A DNA stretch of 20,000 bases from Squalus acanthias (lineage: Eukaryota): NCBI GenBank assembly GCA_030390025.1, contig JASTWF010000353.1, positions 478,118-498,117 of the forward strand, read 5' to 3'. The first letter of the stretch is position 1. The number at the start of each line of letters is the position of its first letter. The position numbers and the translations under genes were made by a program. Below the pieces are notes generated by a model. It did not search any database. It was not told the origin of the DNA and saw nothing but the letters and a program-made list of their open reading frames with translations. Below are positions 1 through 10,926 of the stretch, one piece after another.

Positions 1-3000
1 GTCTCCCCATAGCCCTGTATCAATCCCAAACTAATCCCACTGCCCCACTCTCTCCCCATAGCCCTGTATCAATCCCAAACTAATCCCACTGCCCCACTCT
101 CTCCCCATAGCCCTGTATCAATCCCAAACTAATCCCACTGCCCCTCTCTCTCCCCATAACCCTGTACCAAACACAAACTAATTCCCACTGCCCCGCTCTG
201 TCCCCATAGCCCTGTATCAATCCCAAACTAATCCCACTGCCCCACACTCTCCCCATAGCCCTGTATCAATCCCAAACTAATCCCACTGCCCCGCTCCCTC
301 CCCATAGCCCTGTATCAATCCCAAACTATTCTCACTGCCCCGCTCTCTCCCCATAGCCCTGTATCAATCCCAAACTATTCCCACTGCCCCGCTCTCTCCC
401 CATAGCCCTGTATCAATCCCAAACTATGCTCACTGCCCCGCTCTCTCCCCATAGCCCTGTATCCATCCCAAAATATTCCCACTGCCCCGCTCTCTCCCCA
501 TAGCCCTGTATCGATCCCAAACTAATCCCACTGCCCCGCTCTCTCCCCATAGCCCTGAATCAATCCCAAACTAATCCCACTGCCCCGCTCCCTCCCCATA
601 GCCCTGTATCAATCTCAAACTTATCCCTCTGCCCCGCTCTCTCCCAATAGCCCTGTATCAATCCCAAACTAATCCCACTGCCCCGCTTTCTCCCCATAAG
701 CCTGCATCAATCCCAAACTATTCCCACTGCCCCGCTCTCTCCCCACAGTCCTGTATCAATCCCAAACTATTCTCACTGCTCCGCTCTCCCCATAGCCCTG
801 TTTCAATCCCAAAATATTCCCACTGCCCCGCTCTCTCTCCATAGCCCTGTATCAATCCCAAACTAATCCCACTGCCCCACACTCTCCCCATAGCCCTGTA
901 TCAATCCCAAACTAATCCCACTGCCCCACACTTTCCCCATAGCCCTGTTTCAATCACAAACTAATTCCAATTGCCCCGCACTCTCCCCATAGCCCTGTAT
1001 CAATCCCAAACTAATCCCACTGCCCCGCTCTCTCTCCATAGCCCTGTATCTATCACAAACTAATTCCCACTGCCTCGCACTCTCCCCATAGCCCTGTATC
1101 AATCCCAAACTATTCCCACTGCCCCGCTCTCTCCCCATAGCCCTGTATCAATCCCAAACTAATCCCACTGCCCTGCTCCCTCCCCATAGCCCTGTATCAA
1201 TCCCAAACTATTCTCACTGCCCCGCTCTCTCCCCATAGCCCTGTATCAATCCCAAACTATTCCCACTGCCCCGCTCTGTCCCTATAGCCCTGTATCAATC
1301 CCAAAATATTCCCACTGCCCCACTCTCTCCCCATAGCCCTGTATCGATCCCAAACAAATCCCACTGCCCTGCTCTCTCCCCATAGCCCTGTATCAATCCC
1401 AAACTAATCCCACTGCCCCACTCTCTCCCCATAGCCCTGTATCAATCCCAAACTAATCCCACTGCCCCACTCTCTCCCCATAGCCCTGTATCAATCCCAA
1501 TTTAATCCCACTGCCCCTCTCTCTCCCCACAACACTGTACCAAACACAAACTAATTCCCACTGCCCCGCTCTGTCCCCATAGCCCTGTATCAATCCCAAA
1601 CTAATCCCACTGCCCCACACTCTCCCCATAGCCCTGTATCAATCCCAAACTAATCCCACTGCCACGCTCCCTCCCCATAGCCCTGTATCAATCCCAAACT
1701 ATTCTCACTGCACCGGTCTCTCCCCATAGCCCTGTATCAATCCCAAACTATTCCCACTGCCCCGCTCTCTCCCCATAGCCCTGTATCAATCCCAAACTAT
1801 GCTCACTGCCCCGCTCTCTCCCCATAGCCCTGTATCAATCCCAAACTATGCTCACTGCCCCGCTCTCTCCCCATAGCCCTGTATCAATCCCAAACTATTC
1901 CCACTGCCCCGCTCTCTCCCCATAGCCCTGTATCCATCCCAAAATATTCCCACTGCCCCGCTCTCTCCCCATAGCCCTGTATCGATCCCAAACTAATCCC
2001 ACTGCCCCGCTCTCTCCCCATAGCCCTGAATCAATCCCAAACTAATCCCACTGCCCCGCTCCCTCCCCATAGCCCTGTATCAATCTCAAACTTATCCCTC
2101 TGCCCCGCTCTCTCCCAATAGCCCTGTATCAATCCCAAACTAATCCCACTGCCCCGCTTTCTCCCCATAAGCCTGCATCAATCCCAAACTATTCCCACTG
2201 CCCCGCTCTCCCCCCACAGTCCTGTATCAATCCCAAACTATTCTCACTGCTCCGCTCTCCCCATAGCCCTGTTTCAATCCCAAAATATTCCCACTGCCCC
2301 GCTCTCTCTCCATAGCCCTGTATCAATCCCAAACTAATCCCACTGCCCCACACTCTCCCCATAGCCCTGTATCAATCCCAAACTAATCCCACTGCCCCAC
2401 ACTTTCCCCATAGCCCTGTTTCAATCACAAACTAATTCCAATTGCCCCGCACTCTCCCCATAGCCCTGTATCAATCCCAAACTAATCCCACTGCCCCGCT
2501 CTCTCTCCATAGCCCTGTATCTATCACAAACTAATTCCCACTGCCTCGCACTCTCCCCATAGCCCTGTATCAATCCCAAACTATTCCCACTGCCCCGCTC
2601 TCTCCCCATAGCCCTGTATCAATCCCAAACTAATCCCACTGCCCTGCTCCCTCCCCATAGCCCTGTATCAATCCCAAACTATTCTCACTGCCCCGCTCTC
2701 TCCCCATAGCCCTGTATCAATCCCAAACTATTCCCACTGCCCCGCTCTGTCCCTATAGCCCTGTATCAATCCCAAAATATTCCCACTGCCCCACTCTCTC
2801 CCCATAGCCCTGTATCGATCCCAAACAAATCCCACTGCCCCGCTCTCTCCCCATAGCCCTGTATCAATCCCAAACTAATCCCACTGCCCCACTCTCTCCC
2901 CATAGCCCTGTATCAATCCCAAACTAATCCCACTGTCCCACTCTCTCCCCATAGCCCTGTATCAATCCCAATTTAATCCCACTGCCCCTCTCTCCCCCCA

Positions 3001-5525
3001 CAACACTGTACCAAACACAAACTAATTCCCACTGCCCCGCTCTGTCCCCATAGCCCTGTATCAATCCCAAACTAATCCCACTGCCCCACACTCTCCCCAT
3101 AGCCCTGTATCAATCCCAAACTAATCCCACTGCCACGCTCCCTCCCCATAGCCCTGTATCAATCCCAAACTATTCCCACTGCCCCGCTCTCTCCCCATAG
3201 CCCTGTATCAATCCCAAACTATGCTCACTGCCCCGCTCTCTCCCCATAGCCCTGTATCAATCCCAAAATATTCCCAGTGCCCCGCTCTCTCCCCATAGCC
3301 CTGAATCAATCCCAAACTAATCCCACTGCCCCGCTCCCTCCCCATAGCCCTGTATCAATCTCAAACTTATCCCTCTGCCCCGCTCTCTCCCAATAGCCCT
3401 GTATCAATCCCAAACTAATCCCACTGCCCCGCTTTCTCCCCATAAGCCTGCATCAATACCAAACTATTCCCACTGCCCCGCTCTCTCCCCACAGTCCTGT
3501 ATCAATCCCAAACTATTCTCACTGCTCCGCTCTCGCCATAGCCCTGTTTCAATCCCAAAATATTCCCACTGCCCCGCTCTCTCCCCATAGCCCTGTATCG
3601 ATCCCAAACTAATCCCACTGCCCGCACTCTCCCCATAGCCCTGTATCAATCTGAAACTTATCCCACTGCCCCGCTCTCTCCCCGTAGCCCTGTATAAATC
3701 CCAAACTAATCCCGCTGCCCCGCTCTCTCCCAATAGCCCTCTATCAATACCAAACTAATCCCACTGCCCCGCTTTCTCCCCATAAGCCTGCATCAATCCC
3801 AAACTATTCCCACAGCCCCGCTCTCTCCCCACAGTCCTGTATCAATCCCAAACTATTCTCACTGCTCCGCTCTCTCCCCATAGCCCTGTTTCAATCCCAA
3901 AATATTCCCACTGCCCCGCTCTCTCCCCATAGCCCTGTATCGATCCCAAACTAATCCCACTGCCCCGCACTCTCCCCATAGCCCTGTATCAATCCCAAAC
4001 TAATCCCACTGCCCTGCTCCCTCCCCATAGCCCTGTATCAATCCCAAACTATTCCCACTGCCCCGCTCTGTCCCTATAGCCCTGTATCAATCCCAAAATA
4101 TTCCCACTGCCCCACTCTCTCCCCATAGCCCTGTATCGATCCCAAACAAATCCCACTGTCCCGCTCTCTCCCCATAGCCCTGTATCAATCCCAAACTAAT
4201 CTCACTGCCCCACTCTCTCCCCATAGCCCTGTATCAATCCCAAACTAATCCCACTGCCCCACTCTCTCCCCATAGCCCTGTATCAATCCCAAACTAATCC
4301 CACTGCCCCTCTCTCTCCCCATAACCCTGTACCAAACACAAACTAATTCCCACTGCCCCGCTCTGTCCCCATAGCCCTGTATCAATCCCAAACTAATCCC
4401 ACTGCCCCACACTCTCCCCATAGCCCTGTATCAATCCCAAACTAATCCCACTGCCCCGCTCCCTCCCCATAGCCCTGTATCAATCCCAAACTATTCTCAC
4501 TGCCCCGCTCTCTCCCCATAGCCCTGTATCAATCCCAAACTATTCCCACTGCCCCGCTCTCTCCCCATAGCCCTGTATCCATCCCAAAATATTCCCACTG
4601 CCCCGCTCTCTCCCCATAGCCCTGTATCGATCCCAAACTAATCCCACTGCCCCGCTCTCTCCCCATAGCCCTGAATCAATCCCAAACTAATCCCACTGCC
4701 CCGCTCCCTCCCCATAGCCCTGTATCAATCTCAAACTTATCCCTCTGCCCCGCTCTCTCCCAATAGCCCTGTATCAATCCCAAACTAATCCCACTGCCCC
4801 GCTTTCTCCCCATAAGCCTGCATCAATCCCAAACTATTCCCACTGCCCCGCTCTCTCCCCACAGTCCTGTATCAATCCCAAACTATTCTCACTGCTCCGC
4901 TCTCCCCATAGCCCTGTTTCAATCCCAAAATATTCCCACTGCCCCGCTCTCTCTCAATAGCCCTGTATCAATCCAAAACTAATCCCACTGCCCCACACTC
5001 TCCCCATAGCCCTGTATCAATCCCAAACTAATCCCACTGCCCCACACTTTCCCCATAGCCCTGTTTCAATCACAAACTAATTCCCACTGCCCCGCACTCT
5101 CCCCATAGCCCTGTATCAATCCCAAACTAATCCCACTGCCCCGCTCTCTCTCCATAGCCCTGTATCTATCACAAACTAATTCCCACTGCCTCGCACTCTC
5201 CCCATAGCCCTGTATCAATCCCAAACTATTCCCACTGCCCCGCTCTCTCCCCATAGCCCTGTATCAATCCCAAACTAATCCCACTGCCCTGCTCCCTCCC
5301 CATAGCCCTGTATCAATCCCAAACTATTCTCACTGCCCCGCTCTCTCCCCATAGCCCTGTATCAATCCCAAACTATTCCCACTGCCCCGCTCTGTCCCTA
5401 TAGCCCTGTATCAATCCCAAAATATTCCCACTGCCCCACTCTCTCCCCATAGCCCTGTATCGATCCCAAACAAATCCCACTGCCCCGCTCTCTCCCCATA
5501 GCCCTGTATCAATCCCAAACTAATC
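1..5525. repeat. 49-bp tandem satellite/minisatellite array (about 113 monomers, open at the left window edge)
   Basis: Consensus GCCCTGTATCAATCCCAAACTAATCCCACTGCCCCGCTCTCTCCCCATA; GCCCTGTAT recurs at 12, 61, 110 and onward. Variant monomers recur in ordered blocks. The array stops mid-monomer (..CTAATC) at the LTR terminus. Confidence 0.98.
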
Positions 5526-5778
5526 TGTAAGGGATTCTCCTGACCCTGCGTGTCTCGTAGCCTGTGAGATTCACGCGGCTCTGTGCAGCCTGTATGTCAG
5601 TGCGGGTCTAGGCCTGGTTGCCTGTTCTGGTCTCCAGCCAGTCTGGGAACACTAGACACACCTGTGAGTGGTTCGAATCACTCTCCCTTACGGTTCTAGA
5701 CACTGGACTTAGATGCGAGAGCAGTAATGGAGATAAAACTCATGTAGACTTGGTTTGAATGGTACGAAATGGAAAATC

Positions 5779-5784
5779 TTTATT
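5779..5784 (-). terminator. Candidate polyadenylation signal AATAAA in the 3' LTR
   Basis: TTTATT on + (AATAAA on the element sense strand), about 250 nt from the LTR 3' end and conserved in the solo LTR (10679-10684). Function is inferred from position. Confidence 0.6.
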
Positions 5785-6342
5785 GCATGATACTTAAAAT
5801 TATGAAATACATGTCATACGCACAGATTAATGACAGTACAATCTTACAAACGGTTATAATCAATCTTAGGGAAACGAGGAACGAACGGCACAACGTAAAT
5901 AGGGCACACATTACAAATATCCTTAATCTTTACACCCTCCCCTATCAATATCTATCCTAAACTAGCTTCGTAGGATCTCGAGACTCATGCTCACCACTCG
6001 TAATAACTCGGAGAAATTCCGAATAGCTGATCGGATGTTTTTCACCGCAGCACCCACGTGTCGGTCAGGAGATCTCCTGGTCCCACTTGTTTACTGGCTT
6101 CTGCTGCTCGGGCTAGTAGGCTGGACCGTCTGCTGTAGTGAAGACCTCTGTTGGTGGACTTCACAGTTTAGTCGAGGAGCACCGTTGTCAATATCATTGA
6201 TACGATGTGTTTGCACAGTCCAGTTATCATTGATGCAATATGTTTTGTTAGAAGTTTAAAGAGGAAAACTTCCTGGCGAGAAAACTTGGCTGATCGACCT
6301 ACAGGCGCGGTCGGGATTTGCTGACCGTGGCGATGGATATGG

Positions 6343-6387
6343 TCTTCTTCTCTTCTCCTCTCATCTCATCTCATCTCATCTCATCTC
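6343..6387. repeat. (TCTCA)n/CT-rich microsatellite inside the LTR
   Basis: tcttcttctcttctcctctcatctcatctcatctcatctcatctc; also at about 19128-19172 and, as (GAGAT)n with one more unit, at about 10085-10131. Confidence 0.9.
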
Positions 6388-7241
6388 GGGCCTTTGGTTC
6401 CGCTGCCAGTTACCAACATAGGTCTTCGTTACGCGACACGAGGTAGATCCGAACGGATCAGAAAGTTCAACAGTCTTTTCAGAAGAGGCAACAGGCACGC
6501 AGAAGCCCAACTACGAGCACACAGGAGCAGCCACGAGGTTACGAATCGACCGGATAAAACACAGGAGCAGCCACGATGATAAAAGCAGCAAGCGAGCAAG
6601 AGGCAAGAGAGAGAATGGACGGTTTGGAGCCTGCAATTATAGTGCAAAAATCTTCCGTTTCCCGCCCAACTATAATGTCCATTCTTTTGTTTAGGGTTTG
6701 GCGCCCAAATGTCTTGTATGGGTGATCTCCGTCCTTAATGGGTTTCGGGGCTACTCATGAATGTTTGAGTACCTGTTAATATTTCTCCCATTGTTAAATC
6801 GGTCGGTGTTCTCCCTGGAGGGGTTTGGGGCTTCCAAGTGTCCTGTATAACTACCTGCTAACGGCTCTCTCATCGTAGAGCCGTTGGGTGTTTACATATT
6901 AATGTCCTTTGGATAGGCCCTTAAGTACTTGGTACAATGGCTTTCCTTTGTACCTGGGAGACCGATTCCAGTATCTATGTTTATACTGTAAACCCATAAT
7001 GTCTCGTGTATTATTTTCACTGTGCTGAATCGTTATCGATCTTGCAAAAATGTTTAATGGAACGCCATCTTGTCTGCCTGTTGAAAAGTCTAGAATGTTC
7101 TGTCACGAGGTGCGGCGGCCATTTTACAGGCTGCTTGTGTCCAATTTAAACCTGACAGCATTCTGCTGAAATAAAAGCTGTTTGAACGAAACTTCGTGTT
7201 TTCTCCTTATTAATCAAATCGCGATAATTGCGAATTCTACA

Positions 7242-7254
7242 GTCCCTCCTGTTG
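7242..7254 (-). promoter_or_regulatory. 3' polypurine tract (plus-strand primer), short
   Basis: The minus strand reads CAACAGGAGGGAC immediately before the TGTAG start of the 3' LTR. Confidence 0.75.
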
Positions 7255-7663
7255 ATGCGAATAACTCCGCTTATCGTATCAAAAATCACGGTGGTGAGCA
7301 ATCTTATCTCGATTTCACTCCGAATCCAGTAAATTAATCCCATAAATTTTAACTTAACTAGGGTCTCTGTGTCGTCCTTATTTCCCAAGAAAATCACATT
7401 TTATATCACCGTAGGCATCATTTGCCCTTAAACTTACACCACTTGTTTTCCTTTCCGGCGTAACCAGGCCGATACCTCACGCATCACCTGTATATTTGTC
7501 TTTTATTCAGGGAAAGGAAAAACAAAACCCAAAACCAAACAATCAACACCATCACCAAAATAAACAAATCCCAACTCTTAAACATGTCGAGTTTCCAACG
7601 TATTTACAATGAGTACAAACTTCCGTGGCGCACGTGGCGAGCGGGAGTGACGCCATTTTCCTA

Positions 7664-9280
7664 TTACACGGTGCTCTCATCGTGCACGCGCACGTAACGT
7701 TCTCGCCACTCTCCCGTGTTTTCATGCTTGGTGAGGCGCTTGTCTCTTTTACAATGTATGAACAATAGGTACACTACAATAAACACTTGACAGACGACTA
7801 AAATGTGGGAGGCTATTCTGACCCATGAAGGCACTTCAATATTCGTGAACAGATTCCACCACGGTGGAACCACTATGTCCAAAATGTCTGTTCCTATCTC
7901 GACAGTTTTCTGCTCTAACGTATAAAAATGCTTCTGTGATACCGCGACGGCTTTCAGAAGTTTGGTTAAATGCTCAGGGAGAGGGGGAATGAGGTATCCA
8001 AAATGCGCGACAAATCGCTGCAAGTCGGTGAAATTCTCTTTTACTGTGAGATGAACAGTGGATGGTTCAGGGATTGGGATAATTCGCTGTTGCGCTACTT
8101 GAACTTCAGCCCTGGGTTTAAAACAGAAACTGCTGTCACTCACCGGACACCGGCTACGGTTTCCATGCTGGTAGTGTTGCGCTGCAGTGGTAACACAATA
8201 TGTTCCACCCCCGATGTATGCTACCTGCGGAGGCACATGATCTTGTGCCATTGCCTCCATGGTGCAATTCATGGACTTGGCGCCAGCCGTTCTGAACCCG
8301 CACTGTGGTGTTAAAAAGGCATTCAAGTGCTGGGGGCACAGTATTATGTGTGCTCCCCTGCCACGACAACCAGAGAGATCTGTACCTGTCATCGTTTGCT
8401 CCCAGCGGATGACGTAAGGTGGAACCGCTGCATAACGAATGTGGGCTCCCCCCTGAATGACACCAATGTTCTCTACCCGATATACCGGGGCGGGCTTTGC
8501 TGTGTTGCCCAAAACCGGCATGCGTAATACTATTCCCATAATAGTATGGTTTGAACGTCCGCAGTCCACGGGGACTGGGTAAGCTTCTGAAGCTAGCCTG
8601 AGCTGGCACGGACTTAATGCGTTCTGAAAAGGGTGGAGCGCCCGCAGGTGTTTGTTACTTATCCAGGACGGAACCAAACCTTGTTTTAAATCCTCCAAAT
8701 TACTGCGGCCCTCGCCCAGTAACCACGCCCCGTAAAGCACGCACACCTCGTTCTGCGCAGCTTGATCGGATGCATTCCGATCTTCCCTGATCAGGGCATT
8801 TACCGTACGCGCATGTTTCTCCAGCTCTGCTATAATTTCCTTTAAATGGAGAGTCATGGCTTGGTCCTCGTGTAGACCCGACCCTACCACTTTATTCTCA
8901 TCTGTCAGAATGTCTTTTAACTGTGTTTTTAAACCATTAATCTGGGTCTGCAGCTCCACACTGTCTAGAGCGTTGACCACAGATGTCCCTGTATTAAAAA
9001 CAGTGAACGCATCGTTCACCAAACCCCTTCTTTGCCTCCCTACTTGATCCAAAACTTCCTGCGGTGCGGTGTACAAACTTGTCTTATCAATTTCTGCAAA
9101 ATCAAACTCGTAAAATTGTCTGAACATCTTGGTCAACAGGACCTGATACAACTGTTCCGTCTTTTTGGGGCACCACTCTGGTAACCGTACCTCAGTGAGA
9201 TTTAAAATCACCGAGGCCACCGCGTAATGTACCCCCTGAAATAGTATCTGGTCTGTGGGGACCAGTACCAAACCGTTCCC
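7664..9280 (-). pseudogene. env: env, 3' part (538 aa): class I fusion glycoprotein with furin site, fusion peptide, heptad repeat, Cys-rich region, TM and tail
   Basis: RQRR|GLVNDAFTVFNTGTSVVNAL (furin site at 9037-9026), heptad VELQTQINGLKTQLKDIL, many cysteines, hydrophobic IASHILVVCQVFIVVYLLFI followed by a basic tail. The listed ORF's first residues (MRILQ) come from the solo LTR and are not native. Confidence 0.88.
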
Positions 9281-9284
9281 GGGT

Positions 9285-10926
9285 TGTAGAATTCGCAATT
9301 ATCGCGATTTCATTTTAATAAGGAGAGAACACAAGTTTCGTTCAAAAACAGCTTTTATTTCAGCGGAATGCTGTCAGGTTTAAATTGGACACAAGCAGCC
9401 TGTAAAATGGCCGCCGCACCTCGTGACAGAACATTCTAGACTTTTCAACAGGCAGACAAGATGGCGTTCCATTAAACATTTTTGCAAGATCGATAACGAT
9501 TCAGCACAGTGAAAATAATACACGAGACATTATGGGTTTACAGTATAAACATAGATACTGGAATCGGTCTCCCAGGTACAAAGGAAAGCCATTGTACCAA
9601 GTACTTAAGGGCCTATCCAAAGGACATTAATATGTAAACACCCAACGGCTCTACGATGAGAGAGCCGTTAGCAGGTAGTTATACAGGACACTTGGAAGCC
9701 CCAAACCCCTCCAGGGGGAACACCGACCGATTTAACAATGGGAGAAATATTAGCAGGTACTCAAACATTCAGGAGTAGCCCCGAAACCCATTAAGGACAG
9801 AGATCACCCATACAGGACATTTTGGGCGCCAAACCTTAAACAAAAGAATGGACATTGTAGTTGGGCGGGAAACGGAAGAACTGTGCACTATAATTGCAGG
9901 CCCAAACCGTCCATTCGCTCTCTTGCGCTTGCTCTTTTGCTCTTGACTCTTGCCGCTTGCTGCTGTTATCATCGTGGCTGCTCCTGTGTTTTATCCGGTC
10001 GATTCGTAACCTCGTGGCTGCTCCTGGGTAAAAGACTGTTGCAAAGACCTATGTTGGTAGCTGGCAGCGGAACCGAAGGCCCGGGATGAGATGAGATGAG
10101 ATGAGATGAGATGAGAGGAGAAGAGAAGAAGACCTTATCCATCGCCACGGTCAGTAAATCCCGACCGCGCCTGTAGGTCGATCAGCCAAGTCTTCTCGAC
10201 AGGAAGTTTTCTTCTTTAACAAGACATATTGCATCAATGATAACTGGACTGTGTAAACACATCGTATCAGCGATATTGACAACGGTGCTCCACCATACCC
10301 TGTATCCAACCAACAGAGGTCTTCACTACAGCGGACGGTCCAGCCGACTGACCGAGCAGCAGAAGCAGTAAACAAGTGGGACCAGGAGATCTCCTGACCA
10401 ACACGTGGGTGCTGCGGTGAAAAACATCCGATCAGCTATTCGGGATTTCTCCGAGTTATTACGAGTGGTGAGCATGAGTCTCGGGATCCTACGAAGCTAG
10501 TTTTAGGATAGTTATTGATAGGGGAGGGTTTAAAGTTTAAGGATATTTGTAATGTGTGCCCTATTTACGTTGTGCTGGTCGTTCCTCGTTTCCCTAAGAG
10601 TGATTATAACTGTTTGTAAGATTGTACTGTCATTAATCTGTGCATATGACATGTATTTCATAATTTTAAGTATCATGCAATAAAGATTTTCCATTTCGTA
10701 CCGTTCAAACCAAGTCTACATGAGTTTTATCTCCATTACTGCTCTCGCATCTAAGTCCAGTGTCTAGAACCGTAAGGGAGAGTGATTCGAACGACTCACA
10801 GGGGTGTCTAGTGTTCCCAGACTGGCTGGAGACCAGGCCTAGACCCGCACTGACATACAGGCTGCACAGAGCCGCGTGAACCTCACAGGCTACGAGACAC
10901 GCAGGGTCAGGAGAGGATCCCTTACA
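9285..10926 (+). mobile_element. Solo LTR (1642 bp) of a sister variant, inserted in inverted orientation into env
   Basis: TGTAGAATTCGC...GATCCCTTACA is the reverse complement of the host LTR with several indels and substitutions. It is flanked by GGGT at 9281-9284 and 10927-10930 (4-bp TSD). Confidence 0.96.

Larger units (their letters stand above)
5526..7241 (-). repeat. 3' LTR (1716 bp)
   Basis: On + it runs TGTAAGGGATTC...GAATTCTACA (TGTA..TACA termini). It is a direct repeat of 18311-20000 (offset 12785, then 12784) and an inverted repeat of 9285-10926, which fixes both ends. Confidence 0.97.

Noticed and set aside
950..5254. Repeated 62-89-aa minus-strand ORFs in the satellite
   Set aside because: They are by-products of translating a 49-bp repeat and recur only because of the higher-order repeat.
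1..5525. CRISPR array or telomeric repeat
   Set aside because: Monomers are head-to-tail with no unique spacers and no cas genes; the GGGATT-like words are not TTAGGG arrays.
5666..5683. GGTTCGAATC tRNA T-loop/B-box-like palindrome in the LTR
   Set aside because: No cloverleaf or A-box context and altered in the solo LTR; at most a small hairpin.
5769..6647. Short ORFs in the LTRs (also 9769-10375 and 18554-19478)
   Set aside because: No recognisable motifs, and their frames are broken by indels between LTR copies.
7146..7397. 83-aa ORF between env and the 3' LTR as an accessory gene (tas/nef-like)
   Set aside because: Non-ATG start, no motifs, and its LTR portion has indels in the solo copy.
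9540..9900. TATA-like words in the LTR (TATAAA ~9544, TATAAT ~9888)
   Set aside because: I cannot choose a promoter or the U3/R boundary from sequence alone.
10705..10926. C-terminal 73 aa of the listed 312-aa ORF
   Set aside because: This is read-through into the antisense solo LTR, not native Env.
9285..10926. DIRS-like inverted/split repeats, or an autointegration product, as the explanation for three LTR copies
   Set aside because: The element has a DDE integrase and no tyrosine recombinase, and the internal copy is a complete, diverged LTR with its own TSD.
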